Positions 11,613 through 24,283 of a stretch of 64,000 nucleotides of DNA are shown here, one piece after another. Position 1 is the stretch's first letter, and each line of letters opens with the position of its first letter. The notes below the pieces were generated by a model. That model saw only the letters and a list, made by a program, of their open reading frames with translations, was not told where the DNA came from and made no database searches. This DNA is from Squalus acanthias (Eukaryota). Where the stretch lies: contig CM059431.1 in NCBI GenBank assembly GCA_030390025.1, positions 96,722,001 to 96,786,000 on the forward strand, read 5' to 3'. The position numbers and the translations under genes were made by a program.

Positions 11613-14545
11613 CCGCTACAGAAAACAATAATAAGAATAAAACCGGCCGGACCACCCAGCATCGACCTCGGCACCAACTTCAGACACGACAACGGCACAC
11701 CCAGCCCAGTCGACCCTGCAAAGTCCTCCTCACTAACATCTGGGGACTTGTGTCAAAATTGGGAGAGCTGTCACACAGACGAGTCAAGCAACAGCCTGAC
11801 ATAGTCATACTCACAAAATCATACCTTTCAGCCAATGTCCCAGACTCCGTCATCACCATCCCTGGGTATGTCCTGTCCCACCGGCAGGAGAGACCCACCA
11901 GGGGTGGTGGCACAATGGTATACAGTCGGGAGGGCGTGGCCCTGGGAGTCCTCAACATTGACTCCGGACCCCATGAAGTCTCATGGCTTCAGGTCAAGCA
12001 TGGGCAAGGAAACCTCCTGCTGATTACCACCTACCGCCCTCCCCCAGCTGATGAATCTGTACTCCTCCATGTTGAACACCACTTGGAAGAAGCACTGAGA
12101 GTAGCAAGGGCACAGAATGTACTCTGGGTGGGGGACTTCAATATTCATCACCAAGAGTGGACCGAGCTGGCTGAGTCCTGAAGGACATAGCTGCCAGACT
12201 GGGCCTGTGGCAGGTGAAGAGAGAACCAACATGAGGGAAAAGCTGACTTGACCTCGTCCTCACCAATCTACCTGTCACAGATGCATCTGCCCATGACAGC
12301 ATTGGTAGCAGTGACCACCGCACAGTCATTGTGGAGACATAGACCCGTCTTCGCACTGAGGACACCCTCCATCGTGTTGTGTGGCACTACCACCATGCTA
12401 AATGGGACAGATTCAGAACAGATCTAGTAGCTCAAAACAGGGCATCCATGAGGCGCTGCGGGCCATCAGCAGCAGCAGAATTGTATTCCAACACAATCTG
12501 TAACCTCATGGCCCGGCATATGCTTCACTCTACCATTACCATCAAGTCAGGGGACCAACCCTGGTTCAATGAGGAGTGCAGAAGAGCATGCCAGGAGCAG
12601 CACCAGGTGTACCTAAAAATGAGGTGCCAACCTGTGGTAGCTACAACTCAGGACTACGTGCATGCTAAACAGCGAAAGCAGCATGCTATAGACAGAGCTA
12701 AGCGATACCACAATCAATGGATCAGTTCAAAGCTCTGCAGTCCTGCCACATCCAGTCGTGAATGGTGGTGGACAATTAAGCAACTAACCGGAGGAGGAGG
12801 CTCCATGAATATCCCCATCCACAATGATGGCGGAGCCCAGCACGTGAGTGCAAAAGACAAGGCTGAAGTGTTTGCAACCACCTTCAGCCAGAAGTGCCAA
12901 GTGGATGATTCATATTGGCCTCCTCCTAATGTCTCCACCATCGCAGAAGCCAGTCTTCAGCCAATTCAATTCTCTCCACGTGATATCAAGAAATGGCTGA
13001 GCGCACTGGATACAGCAAAGGCTATGGGCCCCGACAACATCCCGGCTATCGTGCTGAAGACTTGTGCTCCAGAAATAGCCGTGCCTCTAGCCAAGCTGTT
13101 CCAGTACAGCTACAACACTGGCATCTACCTGACAATGTGGAAAACTGCCCAAATATGTCCTGTTCCCAAAAAGTAGGACAAATTCAATCCGGCCAATTAC
13201 CACCCCATAAGCCTACTTTTAATCATCAGCAAAGTGATGGAAGGTGTCATCAACAGTGCTGTCAAGCGGCACTTGCTCACCAATAACCTGCTCACCGATG
13301 CTCAGTTTGGACTCCGCCAGACCTCATTTCAGCCTTAGTCCAAACATGGAGAAAAGAGCTGAATTCCAGAGGTGAGGTAAGAGTGACTGCCCTTGACATC
13401 AAGGCAGCATTTGACCGAATGTGGCATCAACTAGCCCTAGTAAAATTGAAGTCAATGGGAATCAGGGGGAAAACTCCCCAATGGCTGGAGTCATACCTAG
13501 CACAAAGGAAGATGGTTGTGGTTGTTGGAGGTCAATCATCTCAGCCTCAGGGCATTGCTGCAGGAGTTCCTCAGGGCAGTGTCCTGGGACCAACCATCTT
13601 CAGCTGCTTCATCAATGAATTTTCCTCCATCATAAGGTCAGAAATGGGGATGTTCGCTGATGATTGCACAGTGTTCAGTTCTATTTGAAACTCCCCAGAT
13701 AATGAAGCAGTCCATGCCTGCATGTAACAAGACCTGGACAACATTCAGACTTGGGCTGATAAGTGGCAAGTAACATTCGCGCCACACAAGTGCCAGGCAA
13801 TGACTACCTCCAACAAGCGAGAGTCCAACCACCGCCCCTTGACATTCAACGGCATAAACATTACCGAATCCCCCACCATCAACATCGTGGAGGCCACCAT
13901 TGACCAGAAATTTAACTGAACCAGCCACATAAATACTGTGGCTACAAAAGCAGGTCAGAGGCCGGGTATGCTGTGGCGAGTGTCTCACCTCCTGACTCCC
14001 CAAAGCCTTTCCACCATCTACAAGGCACAAGTCAGGAGTGTGATGGAATACTCTCCACTTGCCTGGATGAGTGCAGCTCCAACAACGCTCAAGAAGCTCG
14101 ACACCATCCAGGAGAAAGCAGCCCACTTGCTTGGCACCCCATCCACCACTTTAAACATTCACTCCCTCCACCACCGGTGCACCGTGTACCATCTACAAGA
14201 TGCATTGCAGCAACTCGCCAAGGCTTCTTCAGCAGCACCTCCCAAACCCGTGACCTCTACCACCTAGAAGTACAAGGACAGCAGGCGCATGGGAAAACCA
14301 TCACCTGCAAGTTCCTCTCTAAGTTACACACCATCCTGACTTGGAAATATATCGCCGTTTGTTCATCGTCGCTGGGTCAAAATCCTGGAACTCCCTCCTT
14401 AACAGCACTGTGGGAGTACCTTCACCACACAACTGCAGTGGTTCAAGAAGGCCGCTCACCATCACCTTCTCAAGGGCAATTAGGGATGGGCAATAAATGC
14501 TGGCCTTGCCAGTGATGCCCACATCCCAGGAATGAATTTAAAAAA
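11613..14545 (+). mobile_element. CR1/L2-group APE-RT LINE, near full length, degenerate; inserted in an L2 fragment (11571-11612 and 14546-14995)
   Basis: APE motifs (PDIVILT, GDFN) and RT motifs ([21 protein letters not shown]) with several stops. Confidence 0.9.
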
Positions 14546-15115
14546 ATCTCATGGCTCCTCACAGGAGCTTAATCAGACAAAATTTGACACGGCGCTACAT
14601 AAGGAGATATTAGGGCAGAGGTAAGTTTTAATAAGCATCTTAAAGGAGGAAAGAGAGGTAGTGAGGTGGAGTGGTTTAAGGAGGGAATTCCAGAGCTTAG
14701 GGCCTTGGCAGCTGAAGGCCCCGCTTCCAATGATGGAGCAATTAAAATCAGGGATTTTCAAGAGGCCAGAATTGGAGGAGCGCAGAGATCTCCGGGTTGT
14801 AGGGCTGGAGGAGATTACAGAGATAGGGAGGTGCGAAGCCTTGCAGGGATTTGAAAACAAGGATGAGATTTTTAAAATTGAGGTGTTACTTAACTGGGAG
14901 CCAATGTAGGTCAGCAAGCACAGGATTGATGGGCGAACGGCACTTGGTGTGAGTTATGACACGGGCAGCCGAGTTTTATATGACCTCAACTTTACGTTCT
15001 ATTCCTTTCTCTCTCATGTAGTTATCTAGCTTCCCCATAAATGCATCTATGCTATTCGCATCAACTATGTGGAAGCGGGTTCTAAATTCTAACCACTTTC
15101 TGGGTAAAGAAGTTT

Positions 15116-18100
15116 AAGAACATAAGAACATAAGAAATAGGAGCAGGAGTAGGCCAATCGGCCCCTCGAGCCTGCTCCGCCATTCAATAAGATCATGGCT
15201 GATCTGATCCTAACCGCCAATCTACTATCTATCACAGAACCATCTCCTGCATCTAACAGAATTGCACACACGAAATAGGAGCAGAATCAGGCTACACGGT
15301 CCCTGGGCCCGCTCCACTACCCACAGGGCCATGACCGATCCGAACCTAGACTCATGTCCAAATTCCTGCCCGCTCCCCGTAACCCTTAATGCCCTTTACT
15401 TCTAGGAAACTGTCTATTTCTGTTTTAAATTTATTTAATGATGTAGCTTCTACAGCTTTTTGTGGCAGCATATTCCATGGACCTACCACCCTCTGAGTGA
15501 AGTAGTTCCTCCTCATCTCAGTTTTGAAAGAGCAGCCCCTTATTCTAAGACTATGTCCCCTAGTTCTAGTCTCACCCGTCATCGGGAACATCCTCCCCGC
15601 ATCCACCCGATCCAACCCCTTCACAATCTTATATGTTTCAATAAGATCGCCTCTCATTCTTCTGAACTCCAATGAGTAGAGTCCCAATCTACACAACCTC
15701 TCCTCATATGACCACCCCCTCATCCCCGAGATTAACCGAGTGAACCTTTTTTGCACTGCCTCGAGTGCAAGGATGTCTTTCCTTAAGTAAGGACACCAAA
15801 ACTGTATGCAGTGTTCCAGGTGCGGTCTCACCAATACCTTGTACAACTGAAGCAATACCTCCCTATTTTTATATTCTATCCCCCTAGCAATGAAAGCCAA
15901 CATTCCATTTGCCTTCTTAATCACTTGCTGCACCTGCATACTAACCTTTTGAGTTTCGTGCACCAGGACCCCCAGATCCCTTTGCACTTCAGTACTCTCC
16001 AGTTTCTTGCCATTAAGATAATAAATTGCTCTCGGATTTTTCCTGCCAAAGTGCATCACCTCACACTTTCCAGTGTTGTATTCCATCTGCCAAATCTCTG
16101 CCCACTTACTTAGCCTGTCTATGTCCCCTTGCAGGTTTTTTATGTCCTCCTCACTCACTACTTTCCCTCCCATCTTTGTATCATCTGCAAATTTTGATAT
16201 GTTACACTTGGTCCCTTCCTCCAAATCGTTAATATAGATTGTAAAGAGTTGGGGACCCAGCACTGACCCCTGTGGAACACCACTAGTTACTGATTGCCAG
16301 TCTGAGAATGAACCATTTATCCCAACTCTTTGCTTTCTGTTAGATAGCGAATCCTCTATCCATGCCAGAATATTACCCCCAATCCCGTGATTTCTTACCT
16401 TAAGCAATAATCTTTTGTGTGGCACCTTGTCAAATGCCTTTTGGAAGTCTAAATACACTACGTCCACTGGTTCCCCTTTATCCACTCTATATGTTACTTC
16501 CTCAAAGAACTCCAGCAAATTTGTCAAACATGACTTCCCCTTCGTAAAACCATGCTGACTTTGTCCTATTAAATTATGATTATCCAAATGTCCTGTTACT
16601 GTTTCCTTAATAATGGACTCCAAAATTTTACCTACCACAGATGTTAGGCTAACCGGTCTATAGTTACCAGCCTTCTGTCTACTGCCCTTTTTAAATAAGG
16701 GTGTTACATTAGCAGTTTTCCAGTCTCCAGGGAGTTTTGAAAAATTATTACCAATGCATCTACAATCCCTACCGCCACTTCCTTCAAGACTCTAGGATGT
16801 AAGCCATCAGGTCCAGGTGATTTATCCGCCTTGAGTCCCATTATTTTACCGAGTACCACTTCCTTAGTGATTTTGATCGTGTTTAGCTCCTCTCCCCCTA
16901 TGGCCCCCTGTTTGTCCAGTGTTGGGATATTCTTAGTGTCCTCTACTGTAAAGACTGATACAAAATATTCATTCAGTGTTTTTGCCATCTCCATATTTCC
17001 CACCATTAATTTCCCGGTCTCATCCTCTAAGGGACCAACATTTACTTTAGCCACCCTTTTTCTTTTTATATAACTATAAAAACTCTTACTATCTGTTTTT
17101 ATATTTTTTGCTAATTTACTTTCATAATCTATCTTCCCTTTCTTAATCAATCTTTTTGTTATTTTTTGCTGCCTTTTAAAGTTTTCCCAATCCTCTGTCC
17201 TCCCACTAGATTTCGCTACCTTATATGCCCTTGTTTTTAGTCGAATACTATCCTTAATTTCTTTACTTAGCCACGGATGACTGTCCTTTCTTTTACACCC
17301 TTTTCTTTTCAGTGGAATATATTTTTTTTGGAAGTTGTAAAATAACTCCTTGAATGTACACCACTGATCATGTGTCGTCTTACCCTTTAATCTATTTTCC
17401 CAATCCACTCTACTCAATTCCGCTCGCATACCTTCATAGTCTCCTTTATTCAAGCTTAGCACGCTTGTTTGAGATCCAACCTTCTCACCCTCTAATTGAA
17501 TATGGAATTCAACCATGTTATGGTCACTCATTCCAAGGGGATCCTTTACTAGGACATTTTTAATTAATCCTGTCTCGTTACACAGGACCAGATCTAAGGT
17601 TCCTTGCCCCCTGGTTGGTTCAGTTACATACTGCTCAAGAAACCCATCCCTGATACACTCAATGAACTCATCCTCAAGGCAGCCCTGCCCCATTTGATTT
17701 GTCCAATTAATATGATAGTTAAAATCCCCCATAATTATAGATGTTCCCTTATTACATGCCTCAACTATTTCCTGATTGATACTCCGTCCAACAGAGTTGC
17801 AACTGTTCGGAGGCCTATAGACTACGCCCACTAGTGTTTTTTTCCCCTTATTATTCCTTATCTCCACCCAAACTGTTTCATTATCATGATTTTTTGACCC
17901 AATATCATTACTCTGTATTACAGTGATTCCTTCCTTTATTAACATAGCCACCCCACCTCCCCTTCCTTCCTGCCTGTCCTTCCTGATCGTTAAATAACCT
18001 GGTATGTTTAATTCCCAGGCATTGTCACCCTGCAGCCATGTTTCTGTAATGGCCACAATATCATAACCATATGTAGTTATTTGTGCCATTAACTCGTCTA

Positions 18101-18552
18101 TTTTGTTACGAATGCTACGTGCATTCAGATAGAGAACTTTCAAATATGCTTTGTGGCACTTAGTTCCTGCTTTTTCACTTTTTACCACTTTACCTTTTAC
18201 TCCACACACTCTGTCCCTTCCTGCCACGCTCTGATTTGTGATTCCCCTACTGCTACCTATGTCTATGACCCTCTCTGTTGTCATTTTTATTTTTTGCTCT
18301 CTTGAAACCTCCCCCCCCACTAATTAGTTTAAAGCCCTCTCCACAGCCCTAGTTATTCGATTCGCCAGGACACTAGTCCCAGCACTGGCCAAGTGAAGTC
18401 CGTCCCAACGGAACAGCTCTCTCCTGCCCCAGTATTGGTGCCAGTGTCCCAAGAAGCAAAACCCATTTTTCCCACACCAGTCTTTGAGCCACGCATTCAA
18501 CTCCCTGATTTTATTTACCCTAGCCAAATTTGCTCGTGGCTCAGGTAGTAAT
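15116..18552 (-). mobile_element. CR1 LINE, near full length: ORF1 esterase C-terminus (18324-18527) and ORF2 APE+RT (15352-18320, one frameshifting deletion near 16725)
   Basis: ORF1 with SGNH-type DGLHL motif; ORF2 with [32 protein letters not shown]. Confidence 0.95.
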
Positions 18553-19450
18553 CCTGAATTCCCTATTGGATTTATTAGTGACTATCTTATATTTATGGCC
18601 TGCAAATGGAAACATTTTCCCTACACCTACCCTATCAAACCCCTTCATAATCTTAAAGACCTCTATCAGGTCTTCCCTTTTCTAGAGAAAAGAGCCCCAA
18701 CCTGTTCAATCTTTCCTGATAGGTATAACTTCTCAGTTCTGGTATCATCCTAGTAAATCTTTTTTGCATCTTCTGCAGTGCCTCTATATCCTTTTTATAA
18801 CATGGAGACCAGAACTGTGCACAGTACTCCAATTGTGGTCTAACCAAGGGTCCATACAAGTTTAACATAACTTCTCTGCTTTTCAATTCTGTCCCTCTAG
18901 AAATAAACCCCAGTGCTTTGTTTGCTTTTTTCTAACCTTATTAACCTGCATTGCTTCTTATAATGATTTGTGTATCTGTACCCCATTTAGACACTTATTT
19001 TCCAAGGAGTATGTGGTCTTCTTATTCTTCCTACCAAAATGTACCATCTCGCACTTATCTATATTGAAGTTAATTTGCCAATTACATGCCCATTCTGCAA
19101 GTTTATTTGGGAGATTGTTCTCCGTAAGCCCAAATCCAAATGATCCAAATACACCAAGAATAAAAGTGTATCCAGCACTGACACCTGGGGAACAACACCT
19201 ACACGCCTTCTCCAATCCAAGCAACTCCCATTTACCCCAACTCTTTGTTTTCTGTCTTTCACCGACCTTACTATCCATGTTGCTACATTTTGTCTCGTAC
19301 CATATCCCTGAATCTTTGTAACAAGCTTCCTGTGAGGCACCTTATTGAATATCTTCTGAAAATCTATACACCCTACATCTACTGCATTCTTTGTATCTAT
19401 CCCATGCATTTCAAAATGCTCATTAACTTTATCTCAAACCATGGATTCTA
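18553..19450 (-). mobile_element. older CR1-type host element (other pieces at ~11455-11570 and 14996-15115)
   Basis: RT C-terminal fragments; sequence reads through when the nested insertions are removed. Confidence 0.75.
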
Positions 19451-19774
19451 AGGGTTTTCCCCAATTGACATTAGTCTACAGTTACCTGGTTTATCTTACT
19501 CTCTTTTCTTGAACCAATGTGTTACACTGGTGACTCTAGGTCCCCTGACAATTTGCATATTTATGGAGGGTGGAAAAATTGTGGCCAGGGCCTCTGGTCT
19601 CTGACTTCTTTTCACAGCCTAGGGTGCAGCCGTCAGCGCCCAGTGACTTATGCACCTTAACACTCTGCTTGTTAGTTCAGAGACAGCATAAGGTAGAGAG
19701 AGAGACAGAGACATAGGCCTCGATTTTCCTGAGATTTTCAGTAAAATAGCAGGTTGGGACTTCTGCCGACCCAC

Positions 19775-20680
19775 ATAGAATCATAGAATGTTACAGCACG
19801 GAAGGAGGCCATTTCGGCCCATCGTGTCCGCGCCGGCCAACAAAGAGCTATCCAGCCTAATCCCACTTCCCAGCTCTTGGTCCGTAGCCCTGCAGGTTAG
19901 AGTATCCCAAGTGCACATCCAAGTACTTTTTAAATGTGGTTAGGGTTCCTGCCTCTACCACCCTTTCAGGCAGTGAATTCCAGACCCCCACAACCCTCTG
20001 GGTGAAGAAATTTCCCCTCAAATCCCCTCTAAACCTTCCACCAATTATTTTAAATCTGTGCCCCCTGGTTTTTGACCCCTCTGCTAAGGGAAATAGGTCC
20101 TTTCTATCCACTTTATCTATGCCCATCATATTTTTATACACCTCAATAAGGTCTCCCCTCAGCCTCCTCTGTTCCAAGGAAAGCAGACCCAGCCTATCCA
20201 GTCTTTCCTCATAGCTAAGATTCTCTACTCCCGGCAACATCCTTGTAAATCTCCTCTGTATCCTCTCTAGTGCAATCACATCTTTCCTGTAATGTGGTGA
20301 CCAGAACTGCCGCAGTACTCTAGCTGAGGCCTAACTAGTGTTTTATACAGTTGAAGCATAACCCCCCTGCTCTTGTATTCTATGCCACGGCTAATAAAGG
20401 CAAGCATTCCGTATGCCTTCTTAACCACCTTATCTACCTGGCTTGCTGCCTTCAGGGATCTGTGGACATGCACTCCAGGTCCCTTTGTTCCTCTACACTA
20501 CTCAGTGTCCTACCATTTAATGTGTATTCCCTTTCCTTGTTAGCCCTCCCCAAATGCATTACCTCACACTTCTCCAGATTGAATTCCATTTGCCACTGTT
20601 CTGCCCACCAGACCAATTTATTGATATCTTCCTGCAGTCTACAGCTTCCTTCTTCAGTATCAACCACACAACCGATTTTA
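19775..20680 (-). mobile_element. CR1 LINE 3' fragment
   Basis: QRRFTRMLPG...FFTQRVVGVWNSLP; (TTCTATGA) tail. Confidence 0.9.
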
Positions 20681-21283
20681 GTATGAACCCACTGGCACCT
20701 GATCATATTTTCTTGGGTGGGGGGGGGAGTCTCATTTAATATGTAGGGAGCGAGTTCGACAACAATCCCGATCACGACTGGGGGTCTGCTACTCAGAGAG
20801 AAGGAAATGGTCACAACCACGGCAGCTCACTCAGAGGGAGAAGAGATAAAGCGAGAGCAAGAGCTTAAATTGAAAATTGAAAACCATGGCAGAGGAGGGT
20901 CTCTGGGGGTCTGCAATGACCATGGCCCCAAGATTCTCAGAAGCTGCAGTGGAGGTAATGGGGCAGAGAGAAGGTCCAGAAGACAAAGGCTCTTTGACAC
21001 TGAGGGAGTTATGCCCCAGGAATTGGATGTGCAGTTGTGGTCAGTGCCAACTCTGCCACCCCATGAACAGCTGTTCAGTGCCAAAATGTTGTAATGACCT
21101 CACCAGGCTGGCCAAGGTTAGTGAAGGCACAATTGCCCATCGAGATGCTGAGTTACGGCCGGAAGCATGGCTCATCTCCACACCATCCAGGACCTCATAT
21201 TGTCTAAGAAATTAATGAGACCCTTAGTTAGCATGACACCCTCCATTATCCCGTACAGAGGAACATCTCCTCTCCTGCCATTC

Positions 21284-22048
21284 CACTGTCCCATACCTCG
21301 GGAGCCGACTGTCAACAAGGGCAGACGTCGATGACGAAGTCCAACACCGCCTTCAGTGTGCCAGTGCAGCCTTCGGTCGCCTGAGGAAGAGTGTGTTTGA
21401 AGACCAGGACCTCAAACCCGGCACCAAGCTCAAGGTCTACAGAGCAGCAGTGATACCCTCCCTGCTGTATGCCTCAGAGACATGGACCATGTACAGCAGG
21501 CACCTCAAAGCACTGGAGAGGTACCACCAACGCTGCCTCCGCAAGATCCTTCAAATCCATTAGCAGGATAGGCGCACCTACATCAGTGTTCTCGCTCAGG
21601 CCAACATCCCCAGCATCGAAGCTTTGACCACGCTCGATCAGCTCTGATGGACGGGTCACATCGTCCGCATGCCCGATACAAGACTCCCAAAACAAGCGCT
21701 CTACTCGGAGCTCCGACACGGCAAGAGAGCCTCCTTGAAAAAGTGCAACATCCCCACTGACACCTGGGAATCCCTGGCCCAAGACCGCACAAAGTGGAGC
21801 AGAAGCATCCGGGAAGGCGCCGAACACCTCGAGTCTCTTTGCCGGGAGCAAGCGGAAGCCAAGCGCAAGCAGCGCAAGGAGCGCACGTCAACCCAAGCAC
21901 CCCACCCACCCGCCCCTTTAACCACCGTCTGCCCCACCTGTGACAGAGACTGTAGGTCCCGCATTGGACTCATCAGTCACCTGAGAACTCATTTTTAATG
22001 TGGAAGCAAGTCATCCTCAGTTCCGAGGGACTGCCTAAGAGAGAAGAG
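21284..22048 (+). mobile_element. RTE-clade LINE 3' fragment
   Basis: TKLKVYRAAV, MPDTRLPKQALYSEL and terminal CPTC...SHLRTH zinc-finger-like motif. Confidence 0.85.
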
Positions 22049-22922
22049 AGATCCAATTTCTTGCAATGATTAACTGGGAAAAGAAGAGATTGCTGCGTAG
22101 TCTGTACATGGCAGTATTTCACAAGGGAATGTCTGCAGACACCTGGGTGAAAACACATGGTGAAACAGTTTTTTTTTATTAGTTTATGGGATCAGGGCGT
22201 CGCTGGCAATGCCAGCATTTATTACCCATCCCTAGTTGCTCTTGAGAAGGTGGTGGTGAGCTGCCTTCTTGAACCACTGCAGTCCGTGTGGTGATGGTAC
22301 TCCCACAGTGCTGTTAGGTAGGGAGTTCCAGGATTTTGACCCAGCGACGATGAAGGATCGGCGATATACTTCTAAGTCAGGATGGTGTGTGACTTTGAGG
22401 GGAACTTGGAGGTGGTGGTGTTCCCATGCGCCTGCTGCCCTTGTCCTTCTAGGTGGAAGAGGTCGCGGGTTTGGGAGTTGCTGCCGAAGAAGCCTTGGCG
22501 AGTTGCTGCAGTGCATCTTGTAGATGGTGCACACTGCAGCCACGGTACGCCAGTGGTGGAGGGAGTGAATGTTTAAGGTGGTGGATGGGGTGCCAATCAA
22601 GCGGGCTGCTTTGTCCTGGATGGTGTCGAGCTTCTTGAGTGTTGTTGGAGCTGCACTCATCCAGGCAAGTGGAGAGTATTCCATCACACTCCTGACTTGT
22701 GCCTTGTAGATGGTGGAAAGGCTTTGGGGAGTCAGGAGGTGAGACACTTGCCGCAGAATACCTTGCCTCTGACCTGCTCTTGTTGCCATAGTATTTATGT
22801 GGCTGGTCCAGTTAAGTTTCTGGTCAATGGTGACCCCCAGGATGTTGATAGTGGGGGATTCGGCAATGGTAATGCCATTGAATGTCAAGGGGAGGTGGTT
22901 AGACTCTCGCTTGTTGGAAATA

Positions 22923-23127
22923 TGATGTGGAGATGCCAGTGTTGGACTGGGGTGGACAAATGTGAGAAGTCGCACGACACCAGGTTATAGTCCAACAGCT
23001 TTATTTGAAATCTCAAGCTTTCGGAGCGCTGCTCCTTCGTCACCTGACGAAGGAGCAGCGCTCCGAAAGCTTGTGATTTCAAATAAAGCTGTTGGACTAT
23101 AACCTGGTGTTGTGCGACTTCTCACAT
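22923..23127. mobile_element. Penelope pLTR-only fold-back insertion with hammerhead (23040-23076, +)
   Basis: ~95-bp inverted arms with a 2-nt loop; 12-bp TSD TTGTTGGAAATA at 22911-22922 and 23128-23139. Confidence 0.9.
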
Positions 23128-23582
23128 TTGTTGGAAATAGGCATTGCCTGGCACTTCTGTAGCGCGAATGTTACCTGCCACTTATCAGCCCAAGCGTGAA
23201 CGTCGTCCAGGTCTTGTTGCATGCGGGCATGGACTGCTTCATTATCTGTGGAGTTGTGAATGGCGCTGAACACTGTGCAGTCATCAGCGAACATCCCCAT
23301 TTCTGACCTTATGTTGGAGGGAAGGTCATTGATGAAGCAGCTGAAGATGGTTGGGCCTAGGCTACTGCCCTGAGAAACTCCTGTAGCGATGTCCTGGGGC
23401 TGTGATGATTGACCTTCAATCACCACAACCATCTTCCTTTGTGCTAGGTATGAATCCAGCCAGTGGAGCGTTTTCCCCCTGATTCCCATTGACTTCAGTT
23501 TTACTAGGGCTCCTTGATGCCAGACTCGGTTAAATGCTGACTTGATGTCAAGGGTAGTCACTCTCACCTCACCTCTGGTGTC

Positions 23583-24172
23583 TGGCCCGTTCCCCCCTCG
23601 TTCCCTGTAAAGTCCGCCTGGGCTGCCTTCAGGCTTATGAGGCACACCATGCCCTTTGCCTTCCTTAGGGCAAGGCTCAGATTCTCTATCTGTTCCCTGC
23701 AGGGGCCATGATCTACGTCTTCAAACCCCTGTTCGCTCGCTAACCTATAGGCTGCCTTTATGTCTTGTACTTTCTCCTCCTGCTCTCTTACTTGTCTCGC
23801 TAGGCGGGCATTCTTCTCCCACAACCTCAGTTCATTGCTCTTGGCTTCGATGACTTGGCACTGTAGATATTCCAGCCTAGTCTTATGTTCCCCTATTAAC
23901 TGTACCCTTTCCTGGTTTAGGGCCTGCAATGCTACCAGCAACTTCTCCCCTGCTAGAGTCTTGTCCTGGATTTCCAGGGCTGACTCCCGTATCTCTGCTG
24001 CCTGTGCCTCCACGAGCCTGTCCAGAAGCTGGATCTGCTTCTTGAAGCACATCAGCCAGACTGCCTTCTCTATGGATTTCCTATGATCCTTCCCTTCTGT
24101 CCATCTAGCTGCAGCATCTACCGGATGCCCAGCCCTTAACAGATTAGTGATCCACTTCTTAGTGATATTCAC
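23583..24172 (-). CDS. gag-like coiled-coil ORF of LTR retroelement, 3'-truncated
   Basis: Open frame of ~196 codons starting ~90 nt downstream of the PBS; E/K/Q/L-rich heptad pattern; gag identity inferred from position. Confidence 0.6.
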
Positions 24173-24259
24173 TTTTCAGAATACATAGTCTGAAATCCTC
24201 TCTTCCATTACGGTTTGCTCTCCCAAACCAGTGTCTACTGTATCGCACCCCTGTTGCCG

Positions 24260-24279
24260 GAGTCCTGCCGCGGTCGCCA
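24260..24279 (-). other. primer-binding site complementary to tRNA-Arg(UCG)
   Basis: Plus strand GAGTCCTGCCGCGGTCGCCA matches the recalled 3' end of vertebrate tRNA-Arg-TCG plus CCA; 4 nt from the LTR end. Confidence 0.8.
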
Positions 24280-24283
24280 TTTC

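Noticed and set aside
20690..21280. Short ORFs between the CR1 and RTE fragments
   Set aside because: No recognisable motif or splice structure; probably an unclassified repeat remnant
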